Shown: positions 49,058 to 59,000 of the stretch, in pieces
How the letters are laid out: each line of letters begins with the position of its first letter
Numbering within the stretch: position 1 is the first letter of the stretch
Source: Patescibacteria group bacterium
GTDB taxonomy: Bacteria; Patescibacteriota; Minisyncoccia; Portnoybacterales; UBA2143
Assembly: GCA_018830295.1 (NCBI GenBank)
Contig: JAHJSM010000003.1
Span: forward strand, 2,512-66,511
Direction of reading: 5' to 3'
DNA length: 64,000 nucleotides
Position numbers and translations under genes: made by a program
The notes under the pieces: model-generated
Database searches by the model: none
What the model saw: the letters and a program-made list of their open reading frames with translations, nothing else
What the model was told of the DNA's origin: nothing

Positions 49058-51472
49058 TTATTCGACTACCGGCGCCTCCAATTCCTGTATTATCTTCATA
49101 ATATTCTCATTCCCCGGGACCAACTGGTCTACGATCTTAAATTGAATCAACGCGTCCGCGTTTCGTCCCGCAACTTGATAGGACAACGCTAAAGCGTATC
49201 GCCCATTAGCGTATTGCGGCGTAATAATCACCGCCTGCTCAAACATAGGAATGGCCTCGCTCACTCTGTTGAGGTTGAAATAGAGACGGCCCATCTGGAA
49301 ATAAATTTCAGTCGCCGCGCCCGCCAATTCCGAACCCCTCTGGAAACTCACCCCTTTTAATTTCGTTAAAACCGATTGCGTCTGCTCAAGCGCTCTTTCA
49401 AGCTCGCCCTTCTGCTCATAAGCCAACGCCAATTGAATATGCGCGTCTAAATAATTAGCTTTCAAATCAACCGCCTTTTGACAATAAGCGACTGTTTCGT
49501 CCCAATTCTCTTTTTCAACCGTCTCGTCTTCCGTAATTAAATTCAACCGACAAAGTTCCCGATAAAAAACAGGATTGCTCGGCTCTAACTCCAACGCTTT
49601 CGCGAACGCCTCCATAGCGAAAGGCAAAGTTCCGCCAACCAAGCCACGCGCGTCCCGATAAACCGCTCCCAAATTTTCCCAAGCGCTCACGGAATTGGGA
49701 CTCAAATCGGTCGCCACTCTCGCTTGCTGAATAGAACCGGCGGCAAGTGTTTGTAACAATTCAATATTTCTCTCCGCCTCCGCCTTTCGCGCCTCTTCCC
49801 AAGCGGAAACCAAATAAATCTGCGACAAATTCTGCCGATAACTCGCCCTGTATCTGTTCAAATTAACTATTTCTTCGGCGCGGCGAATTAAATCTTGCCT
49901 GTCAGTCGCCGTCTGAATTAATTTTGCTTCCGCTAAATAAAATCTGCCCCCTAAATAAAAGAGGCCCGCCATCACAAAGATCAAAATCAACAAAACAACA
50001 TTAATGACCAATCCCACTTCTGGCAGTTTTTTGAAAGAAAAAGATATTTTCTTGCAAGGTTTCTCTTGAAGACCTTGCCAACTGACGATACCTAATGCCG
50101 TAAAGAGCCAGAAATAGAAAAGCAAAACCGTATTTTGCGAATAGACAAATTGAGAAATAAATAAAATTAACCAGAAAAGAAGAAAAGGCAGAATAATCAG
50201 TTCGGCGGCGGCGACATCCTTACTTTTCTTAAGCCGCCACAAAGACAAAACCATAATCAGCAAGAACATAAAGACAACCGTTAAATAACTTAAAATTCCC
50301 AAAATGCCAAGCGCCCCCGTCGTTTCCATAAAATAATTTGACGCCCTGTCAAACCTAATGTTCCAAAACTGACTGTTGTTAAATTCAGCCGGCTTAAACT
50401 TGGCGAAATTAGCTAAAAAAGTTCCTTCTCCCGAACCCAGAATTGGGTATTCTTTGAGCGTCTGCCATGTAATCGTATTTGTCATTGCCCCGTCCAAAAT
50501 CAGTTCCTTGGGTATATCCTGGTTAATATTGTTAAAATCGCTCAATAACTCCACCCGGCCCGGCAAATTAACAATAAAAATTCCGGCGATAATTAGCAAA
50601 GCGATCGGCAACATCAACGCGTTGACTCTCTTGCGAAAAATTCGCGTCCAAAAAGCGATAATTAACAAAAGAGCCATCGCCGCCGCTAAAGAAACCCAAG
50701 CCGCCCAAAAGTTAATGACAACCAAAAGAATAACCGACGCCGCCAATAATCCGTAACTTAAGACCTTTGCTAAAACGCCTCTTTTTTTGCCCTGTAAAAA
50801 GACGCCTGTGATCAGTCCGACAATCGCCGCCAAAAATATGCTTAACCCCTCAAACGAGCCGCTCACTGGGTTAAAAGAACGCAAATTCATAATCTCAGGC
50901 AGACCCGGAATTTTGCTCCAAAGATTAAAAACAGAAAGATAAGCCGCCAAAACAGCCACCCAGCCCGAGACCAAAACTAAATTAATTACCGTCCTCAAAC
51001 AAACCCCAGGCGAACAAATCAACATTCTTTTCTTTGTTGTCGCGACTGCGTTTATATCAGGGGGCAGTCCCCCGTCTTCGGGGGCTGCCCCCGTCTTAGA
51101 AACCATCACATTATTCACCACGACAAAATAAAGCAAACACATCGCCAATAAACCAATCGCCGAATCCGAAAACTTCCCATACCCGCCCAGCCACGAAGAA
51201 ACACTATTAATTGAAAAAACAGCGCTCAAAATAACCATGAGCATAAAAACCAAAACCCAAATATCTAAAGGCGTCCGACGAAAGACAACTTTCTTTCGAA
51301 CAATAATTGTTTTCGCGAGCCAAGCGAACAAGGCCAAAGAGGCCAAAACAAAAAGCAAATATTGCTTATTAAACTCAAACACTTCCGCTGTCCAAGGCAG
51401 CCAAAATAAAGGCAGCAAAAGAACCAGCGCGTAAACCGAATACTTAATCGCGAAGTTGTATATCTTCCTCAT
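49058..51472 (-). CDS. Multi-pass membrane protein (O-antigen-ligase-like) with C-terminal TPRs
   Basis: More than 10 TMs, PILGSGEGTF, then TPR motifs (AWENLGAVY, AHIQLALAY, YFQMGRLY). Confidence 0.8.
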   Translation of the reverse strand: MRKIYNFAIKYSVYALVLLLPLFWLPWTAEVFEFNKQYLLFVLASLALFAWLAKTIIVRKKVVFRRTPLDIWVLVFMLMVILSAVFSINSVSSWLGGYGKFSDSAIGLLAMCLLYFVVVNNVMVSKTGAAPEDGGLPPDINAVATTKKRMLICSPGVCLRTVINLVLVSGWVAVLAAYLSVFNLWSKIPGLPEIMNLRSFNPVSGSFEGLSIFLAAIVGLITGVFLQGKKRGVLAKVLSYGLLAASVILLVVINFWAAWVSLAAAMALLLIIAFWTRIFRKRVNALMLPIALLIIAGIFIVNLPGRVELLSDFNNINQDIPKELILDGAMTNTITWQTLKEYPILGSGEGTFLANFAKFKPAEFNNSQFWNIRFDRASNYFMETTGALGILGILSYLTVVFMFLLIMVLSLWRLKKSKDVAAAELIILPFLLFWLILFISQFVYSQNTVLLFYFWLFTALGIVSWQGLQEKPCKKISFSFKKLPEVGLVINVVLLILIFVMAGLFYLGGRFYLAEAKLIQTATDRQDLIRRAEEIVNLNRYRASYRQNLSQIYLVSAWEEARKAEAERNIELLQTLAAGSIQQARVATDLSPNSVSAWENLGAVYRDARGLVGGTLPFAMEAFAKALELEPSNPVFYRELCRLNLITEDETVEKENWDETVAYCQKAVDLKANYLDAHIQLALAYEQKGELERALEQTQSVLTKLKGVSFQRGSELAGAATEIYFQMGRLYFNLNRVSEAIPMFEQAVIITPQYANGRYALALSYQVAGRNADALIQFKIVDQLVPGNENIMKIIQELEAPVVE

Positions 51473-51783
51473 CTTTTTTTTTGCCTCTCGAATTGCCGCT
51501 GGCTTTTTCAATCACCACCAACAAATCCTTCAAGGACTTTATTAGACGACTGGGGACAGTCCCCTCTTGGGGACTGTCCCCGGATTCTCTTTTTTTATTA
51601 TACCAAAAAATTGAAAAAATAAAAGCCCGAATTATCCCCATCAGGTTTTTCCGATGGGAGCAGCCCCCGCCGCGAGGGCTGCCCCCTTTCCCTTTCTCGG
51701 GGGCAGCCCCCCGTCCTCGGGGGCTGCCCCCATTTCGCCACGAGGGGACAGTCCCCTCTGGGGGACTGTCCCCGTCTTAGTTA

Positions 51784-52134
51784 TCACACCCCCTCAAAAT
51801 GTTCCAACTCGGCAACAGTATTATCCGGATTAAGAACAATGCAAATCGCGTCTATTCTATACGCGCCTTTCCATTTTTTAAACGCGACATAAGCATTCGC
51901 GTTCCAATATAATTTTTTTAACTTTTTATAATTAATTGATTCCTCCGGCGCGACAAAAGCGCGACTCCTTTTGGTTCTCACTTCCACAAATATTAAAATA
52001 TTATCTTTTCTGGCGACCAAATCAATTTCAGCGTATTTAGTCCTATAATTCTTCTCTATAATCTTATAATTTTTACTCTCCAAATAATTTTTAGCCGCGT
52101 CCTCCCCTATTTTCCAAATTATATCTTTGTTCAT
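51784..52134 (-). CDS. yraN: YraN/UPF0102 family nuclease
   Basis: GEDAA..YL, EIDLVA, FVEVRTK, RIDAI. Confidence 0.88.
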   Translation of the reverse strand: MNKDIIWKIGEDAAKNYLESKNYKIIEKNYRTKYAEIDLVARKDNILIFVEVRTKRSRAFVAPEESINYKKLKKLYWNANAYVAFKKWKGAYRIDAICIVLNPDNTVAELEHFEGV

Positions 52135-52225
52135 ATTACACACCGGGGGCAGCCCCCGCAACGAGGGCTGCCCCCTTTCTCCCATCCCCGGGGACAGTCC
52201 CCCGTCTTCGGGGGCTGCCCCCATC

Positions 52226-53743
52226 TTAGTTACGATACTGCAACGCTTCAGCCGTATGCGAAACATCTATTTTCTCCGCTCCCTCTAAATCAGCGATTGT
52301 TCGAGCGACCTTGAGCATCTTAAAATAAGAACGAGCCGAAAGTTGAAAAGCGATCGCCGCTTGCCCAAGTATTCTTTCCGCTTCTTGAGATAAAGAACAA
52401 TATCTTTTAATATCTTTATTATTCATTTCGGCGTTATTATAAATAGTTCCCCGCCTAAATCGTTTTTGCTGAATTTCCCTGGCGCGACAAACCCGTTCCC
52501 TGATGGACGCTGAACTTTCCAAAAATTTGTTAGCCCTTTCACTTTGAGATAATTTATTAATATCAACAATTGGCGCCTTGATATGAAGATCTATTCTATC
52601 TAAAATAGGACCTGAAATTTTCTTGCCATATCTTTTAATTTCCTGCGGCGAACAAGCGCACTCTTTTTTAGGGTGGTCTAAATAACCGCAAGGACAAGGA
52701 TTAGCCGAAGCGACCAAAATAAATCTGGCTGGATATTTGACCATTGCTTTAGCCCGAGAAATAACCACCCAACCATCTTCCATGGGCTGGCGAAGCGATT
52801 CCAAAACCGCGCGCGGGAACTCGTTAAACTCGTCTAAAAAAAGCACGCCCCGATGGGCCAAACTAATTTCGCCCGGCCGCGGATTAGAACCCCCGCCAAC
52901 CAAACCAACCAAAGAAGTGGAATGATGAGGAGACCTAAAAGGACGAGTCCTGACAATTGAAGCGCCCGGCGGAATATTGCCGCTGGCTGAATAAATCTTA
53001 GTTGTTTCTATCGCTTCCGGCTCGCTCAAAGGAGGCAAAATTCCAGTCAGCGCGCGCGCCAGCATCGTTTTGCCAGAACCCGGACTGCCTGTCATGATAA
53101 CATTATGCCCGCCCGCCGCGGCTATTTCCATCGCCCTTTTCGCTTGTTCTTGCCCCAACACCTCTCTCATATCAAATTCGCTAGATGTTAAATCAGGATT
53201 AACCGACTTTATGTATTTTACTTTTTGAATTTCTTGCTTATTCAATAAGCAAGACAATAATTGAGAAAGTCGTTCCACCGGATAAACATTAATTGACGGA
53301 AAAACAGACGCCTCGTTAACCGAATCCTTGGGCAAAAAAATATTTTTAAAACCATGTTCTTTGGCGAATAAAGCCAAAAGAAAAGCGCCTCTGGTGTGCC
53401 GCAAAGTCCCGTCAAAAGAAAGTTCGCCGAAAAAGAGCGTTTTTTCCGGAATGGGAAAACCCATCACAGCGGATAAAATTCCAATCGCGATTGGCAAATC
53501 ATAAAAAGAACCATCTTTGGGAATATCCGCCGGCGCCAAATTAACGGTGATTTTTTTCATCGGGAAGTCCATGCCGGAATTAACAATAGCCGCCTTGACT
53601 CTCTCCCTGCTTTCGTCCACCGCTTTTCCGGGCAAGCCGACAATCTCAAACCCAGGCAAACCTCGGCTGGCGATATTAACTTCCACATCCACAGGCAAGG
53701 CCTCCAAACCAGAATACAAAACCGACGGAATTTTTGATAACAT
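52226..53743 (-). CDS. comM: ComM/YifB Mg-chelatase-like AAA+ ATPase
   Basis: VNLAPADIPKDG, GSPGSGKTM, FRSPHH, GEISLAHRGVLFLDE, NPCPCG. Confidence 0.95.
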   Translation of the reverse strand: MLSKIPSVLYSGLEALPVDVEVNIASRGLPGFEIVGLPGKAVDESRERVKAAIVNSGMDFPMKKITVNLAPADIPKDGSFYDLPIAIGILSAVMGFPIPEKTLFFGELSFDGTLRHTRGAFLLALFAKEHGFKNIFLPKDSVNEASVFPSINVYPVERLSQLLSCLLNKQEIQKVKYIKSVNPDLTSSEFDMREVLGQEQAKRAMEIAAAGGHNVIMTGSPGSGKTMLARALTGILPPLSEPEAIETTKIYSASGNIPPGASIVRTRPFRSPHHSTSLVGLVGGGSNPRPGEISLAHRGVLFLDEFNEFPRAVLESLRQPMEDGWVVISRAKAMVKYPARFILVASANPCPCGYLDHPKKECACSPQEIKRYGKKISGPILDRIDLHIKAPIVDINKLSQSERANKFLESSASIRERVCRAREIQQKRFRRGTIYNNAEMNNKDIKRYCSLSQEAERILGQAAIAFQLSARSYFKMLKVARTIADLEGAEKIDVSHTAEALQYRN

Positions 53744-53818
53744 AAATTTAAATTAGGGGGCTGCCCCCGCAACGGGGGCAGCCCCCATCCCCTCTCTTGG
53801 GGACTGTCCCCGTCTTAG

Positions 53819-54689
53819 CTATTTAGTATTATACTTCCCTCCTCTTAATTTAATTAGCCCCCTAATTTCCATCAACGATAACTTAACACTTAATTCCGAA
53901 ACCGACATTTCCAAACCGCGCGATAATTCATCTATCCCCATCGGCTCCTGCTCTAATTTTCTTAAAATCCTGGCTTCGGGGGCTGCCCCCGCAACGGGGG
54001 CAGCCCCCATCCCCTCTCTTGGGGACAGTCCCTCGTCTTCGGGGGCTGCCCCCATCCCCCTTAAAACATCCTCCGCGCTCAAAACCATTTCCGCCCCATT
54101 CTTAATTAATAAATTAGTCCCCTTTGACAACGAACCCGTTATCGGCCCTGGCGTGGCAAAAACCTTTCGGCCAAACTTCTTCGCGCAATTAGCAGTAATC
54201 AAACAACCGCTCTTTTCTCCCGCCTCAATCACCAAAAGCGCCTTTGATAAACCAGCCACAATTCTGTTTCTTTGAGGATAAGTCCAAAGCGCCGGCTTCA
54301 TCTCCCCTTCATATTCAGAAATTATTAGCCCCCCGCTCTCCAAAATACTCTTATAAAGTTTTTTTTTGATGAGCCGGATGAATTAAATCAATCCCGCATG
54401 GCATCACCGCAATCGTTCGCCCGCCCGCTTTAATCGCCGCTTCATGAGCCGCCGCATCGCCTCCATACATAAATCCAGAAACAATCGTAATTCCAGCCAT
54501 CGCGATTTCGCCAACTATCTGCTCCATTATCCGCTCGCCATAAGAAGTCAATCTCCTGCTCCCAATAACCGCCAAACAATTTTCAAAAATACTCAAGTCA
54601 AAATCGCCTTTATAATACAATTGCTTAGGCGCGCCCTTAGTTTGTTTTAAAAGTTCAGGATACTCTTCATCTTCCTTGTAAATTATCAT
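53819..54689 (-). pseudogene. dprA: DNA-processing protein DprA, split by a +1 frameshift in an A9 tract
   Basis: 5' ORF 54351..54689 (AVIGSRR, IVSGFMYGGD) and 3' ORF 53819..54343 (RNRIVAGLS, VIEAGEKSG) join if T9 at 54359-54367 is T8 (HQKKLYKSILESGG). Confidence 0.88.
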
Positions 54690-55942
54690 AAAAGAAACAA
54701 CTCCAGCCGAAGCCCGTAGTATGGGACAAAACGCATTGCTGTGTTTCTAACTATTATTTCATCACTTAAAGTTAAATTCACCACCCAAGCTTCTTCTGGG
54801 CTATATTTAGTTATAAAACTACGAAGCGAGCGGGTAATTTCCGACTGTCGTAAATTTTGTTTTTTTGCCTCCACGGGAATAACGGTTCTACCAGAGTTAA
54901 TAATAAAATCTACTTCCGCGCCGTCTTTAGAGCGCCAAAAATGAATAGACGATGACGAATGCCTTGTTTTTTCTTTAAGAACGCTAAAAACATAATTTTC
55001 AAATACAAATCCAATATTATCTTCCAAACTAATCCGCCCAAAATCTCCAGCCGCGTAATTCCGCAAGCCGATATCATAAAAATAATACACGGGCGCTTTT
55101 GTTATTTCCTTGCGAGCGTTTTTAAAATAAGGAGTAACTTTTTCTAAAATAAATGTCTTTTCCAAGTACCAAAGGTAATTTTTGACAGTCGGAATTGAAA
55201 TTCCTAAAGTGGCCGAAAGTTCGGAGATGTTCACTAAATTCCCTATTTGACCAGCTATTAATCTTAACAGACGAGTAAAATCATCTGTTTTTTGTACGCC
55301 TAAAAGATAGGAAATATCTTTTTCAACATAGCTTCTATAAATTTCGTCTATTGTTTTTATCTTTTCTTCTTTTGTTTCCTCTAAAACAACTTTTGGATAA
55401 CCACCATAATTTAAAAATTCTTCAAAGAGCAAACGGGCTTGTGATTTTTCTATTTCAAAAAAATCGTTTAATTTATTTTCGTATTTATAATCGGTTCTAA
55501 AATTTACAAACTCATCAAAAGACACTGTGCCAAGTTCAAACATTCTTTTTCTACCAACCAGCGATTCATGAATTTTTTCTTTAAGTTCAACACTGCCCGA
55601 GCCAGAAACGATAAATTTATACGGCAAGTTCATATCATACAAACCCTTAAGAAAAAGACCAGCGTCTTCTTTTCTTTGTATTTCATCCAAAAAAACATAA
55701 CCCTTCTTTTTACCAATTTCCAATTCAATTTTCTTAAGTAATTTTTCTTGCGAGCTCAAAAATTCCCTGTCTCTTTCTATGTCAAAATTCAAACTAACCG
55801 TAGCTTCCCCTATTTTATTTAAATGAACAGCTAAAAGAGACATCAAGGTTGTTTTTCCGGCTTGTCTTGGTCCGATAATCAAACTGATTTCTTTTTTGTT
55901 TAAATGGTCTTTTAACTCTAAAAAAAGGTTTCTTTTAATCAT
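54686..55942 (-). CDS. AAA_14 ATPase with a C-terminal DUF4143-like domain
   Basis: GPRQAGKTT, FLDEIQ, SGSGS, YGGYP, YFYDIGLRN, EVDFI...PVEAK. Confidence 0.88.
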   Translation of the reverse strand: MIKRNLFLELKDHLNKKEISLIIGPRQAGKTTLMSLLAVHLNKIGEATVSLNFDIERDREFLSSQEKLLKKIELEIGKKKGYVFLDEIQRKEDAGLFLKGLYDMNLPYKFIVSGSGSVELKEKIHESLVGRKRMFELGTVSFDEFVNFRTDYKYENKLNDFFEIEKSQARLLFEEFLNYGGYPKVVLEETKEEKIKTIDEIYRSYVEKDISYLLGVQKTDDFTRLLRLIAGQIGNLVNISELSATLGISIPTVKNYLWYLEKTFILEKVTPYFKNARKEITKAPVYYFYDIGLRNYAAGDFGRISLEDNIGFVFENYVFSVLKEKTRHSSSSIHFWRSKDGAEVDFIINSGRTVIPVEAKKQNLRQSEITRSLRSFITKYSPEEAWVVNLTLSDEIIVRNTAMRFVPYYGLRLELFLL

Positions 55943-56015
55943 ACTTCTATTTTAGTCCGATTATTTTATAAGTCAAGTTTATTTTTAGTTGTTCTGTCTG
56001 ACCCAAGGACATTCC

Positions 56016-59000
56016 TTAGTATCCCACCGCATCCGCAGAAGGCGTTTCTAGCTCTTCAACCACCGGTTCCTCGGCAACAGGTTCCTCAGTCACCGGCTCA
56101 GGAGAGGACACCTCCACCACCGGCTCCGGCTCGTCCGCTTCAGGGACTTCTTCGGGGGCTGCCCCCGCAACGGGGGCAGCCCCCTCTTCATCAACCACCG
56201 GGGGCAGTCCCTCGTCCGCGGGGGCTGCTCCCTCTTCATCAACCACAGGTTCCTCAACCACCGGTTCAACCACCGGGGGCAGTCCCTCGTCCGCGGGGGC
56301 TGCTCCCTCTTCATCAACCACCGGCTCCTCCGCAACCGCCCCGCATTCCCCGGCGACTGTTTGCGCCGCCCCACTCGCAACAAAGAAACAATACGGTAGT
56401 CCCGTCACTCTATCATACAATGTAATCCCTGCCTGCTCTTCAACTCCTCCTCCAACCTTCAATTGCTCTGTTTCAATATTTTTCGCCTTAATTTTATCAA
56501 CAACTAAAACTCCTTCCTCGTCCAAAACCAATCCCAATTCCGCCAAATCCATCCTTAATTCCTCCAGCGAATCCACTTCAACCAAATCCCCATTTTCATC
56601 CCGCTCCACTGTCAACAACGCCTCCAATTCCTCTAATCTATTATTCAACGCTTTAACCCCCGCTAAAGCAAACGAAGTATAATCATACAAACTAACCGAC
56701 TCCCCATCAGAAATCATCCCAATAGGGGGCAGTCCCCCGTCGCGGGGGCTGCTCCCGTCCGCAACTTCCCCTCCCCCATACCTCCCCATTTCCATCCCCG
56801 CAATCAGCCCTAAAATCTCAGCGTAATCCGCCTCCTCTAAATATGTAACTTCCATTTCATCCGCGCGCGGCAAATAGACATCCCATCCGTCAGCAATCGC
56901 GCTCCCCGCGCCCCGCCCAATCGTCAAGATATTCGTCGGCGACGAAGTAGCAATCCCAAACCGCCCCATCGTATCCAAAACCAACCCCACAGGGGGCAGA
57001 GGGGGCAGTCCCCCGTCGCGGGGGCTGCTCCCGTCCCATGCCTCCACCAACCTAATCAACCCCGCCTCCTCCAACTTCAGTGTTAATCCGTCCGTCAACT
57101 GCTCCATTCCCTCCATCCGCGCGTCAATCTCCTCAAACTGCTCTGGAATAACATCTCTAATATCCAACGCCAAATCGGAAATTTCATCCATCGCGAGCGT
57201 TAATTTAGCGTCAATCAAAAGCAACTGCGGAGAAACAATTTCGTTAATATCATCCTCTAAGTTCAAATTATCAATCGCTCCAGCAATCAAGATATTAACT
57301 TCATCTTCAATCTCCATCGCCGCGACCCGCTCCGTCACTTTATCTTCCACCTCTTCCACTGTGAGCGACTTATTCCGCCGCGAAATCAAAACATTAATCA
57401 CCCCTTCGCCTTCTTTAAGTCCCTCAAGCGCTACCCCAACCGTCGGGTCCCCCGCCCCTGCCCGCATAATATACCCTGGAACCGAAGCCGAAGTAAGCGA
57501 ATCCCCCGGGCGAATAGGTCCGCCTTCCGCAGAGACCTTCGCTGGCACCTGCCCAAGCATTCCAATAATAGCGTAATGCGGATTGTCTTCCCGCCTTTCA
57601 TCAGAAGGAGCGTTCCCCAAAAATGCCGGATTAGTTGAAACAATACCCATGATATTTCCATCAGCCGCCCGTTCGCACCGCTTGACCGCGTTTTCCCGTT
57701 CAATATCAACGCAAACCGCCTCGCCTGATTTCAAATCGGTATCAATGGAATAATAGTATTCAGCGTAGTCAGCCGAACCGGAAGTCCAAGCGTTGGTCGC
57801 GTTGACATAAGCCACATTAACGCCGTCGCTATTATGGTCAACTGTCAGCCGATAATCTGGCGTCGTGTCCCCGATGCCGACGTTGCCGCTATTTCTTTTG
57901 ACTGCAATTCCAAGAATTTCCGACCCAGCATCATAACCGACGATTTTAAGCACATAATTTGCTTCATCAAAAAGTATTTTAGCACCGTATGTGGAAAGGC
58001 CACGTTCCATAAAAGAGATTCCTTTATTGGTTCCCTCGGGGATATTCAAAGATAACAATTCATTTGGACTCGTCGTCCCGATGCCGACGTTGCCCGAGGC
58101 GTTTATACGCATTCGTTCCTTAATACTGGAACTATCATTTGTGTGGAAAGATAAATAACCAGTAGCAGAACCGTCAGTCGCAGATTCTTTTCTGCCCGCA
58201 ATTGCTCCAAAAATCTGTTTGCTCCCCGCACTGTTGTAAAAACCTCCCATACCGATTGCACCGCCTTTGTCTATGGCAAAAGAATCGCTGGTCATTGCCG
58301 CAATGTGAACCTGTGCATCTCCATTAAGTCCATCCGCCAAATTCTGATTGGCTTTGACAACATCTAAGGTTGTCCCCGGACTCACTGTCCCGATGCCGAT
58401 ATTACCCGCCGAAGTGACAACGAAGGAGGGCGTTGCTCCAACTGTGAAATCCCCACCAATATACATAGCTCCAGTAGTAGTTGCATTGCCATCAACCGTT
58501 AAATTACTTCCAAAGTGACCTGCTCCTTGAGTAAATAGACCCGTAGTAGAAGAAGCATATCCTGTTGTAACTAAATTCCCCCCTGAAGTAACCGTCAATA
58601 GATTTGCGCCGGTGGATGAGGCAATAGTAAATATATCTGAACTACCAGCTGTGCCTTGAATAGATAGTTTAGATAGTGGCGTTGTTGTTCCTATGCCGAC
58701 GTTGCCGCCGACAACTGATAACGTCTCAGTAAATGCACCACTATTTCCATAGCCAATTCCTACTCTACTCGCACTGTTTACGGAAAAAATTTGCAACAGA
58801 TTATTTTGAATACCAAACCCGTAACCAGTTCCCGCGGCATTGTCATATAATGCAATCTTATTTCCCACTGCTGTACCTAATGACAATGGAAAACTCGGCC
58901 CCGTCGTCCCGATGCCGACGTTGCCGCTAAATACTGCCTTACCTCCTATACTTAAAGTATCAGTGGTAGTTGCCGAACCCATTGTCAATCCAAAGGCGGT

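Noticed and set aside
51552-51780. Repeat clusters as a possible CRISPR array
   Set aside because: Units vary in sequence, the linkers are short and shared rather than unique ~30-nt spacers, the units are dispersed, and no cas genes are present.
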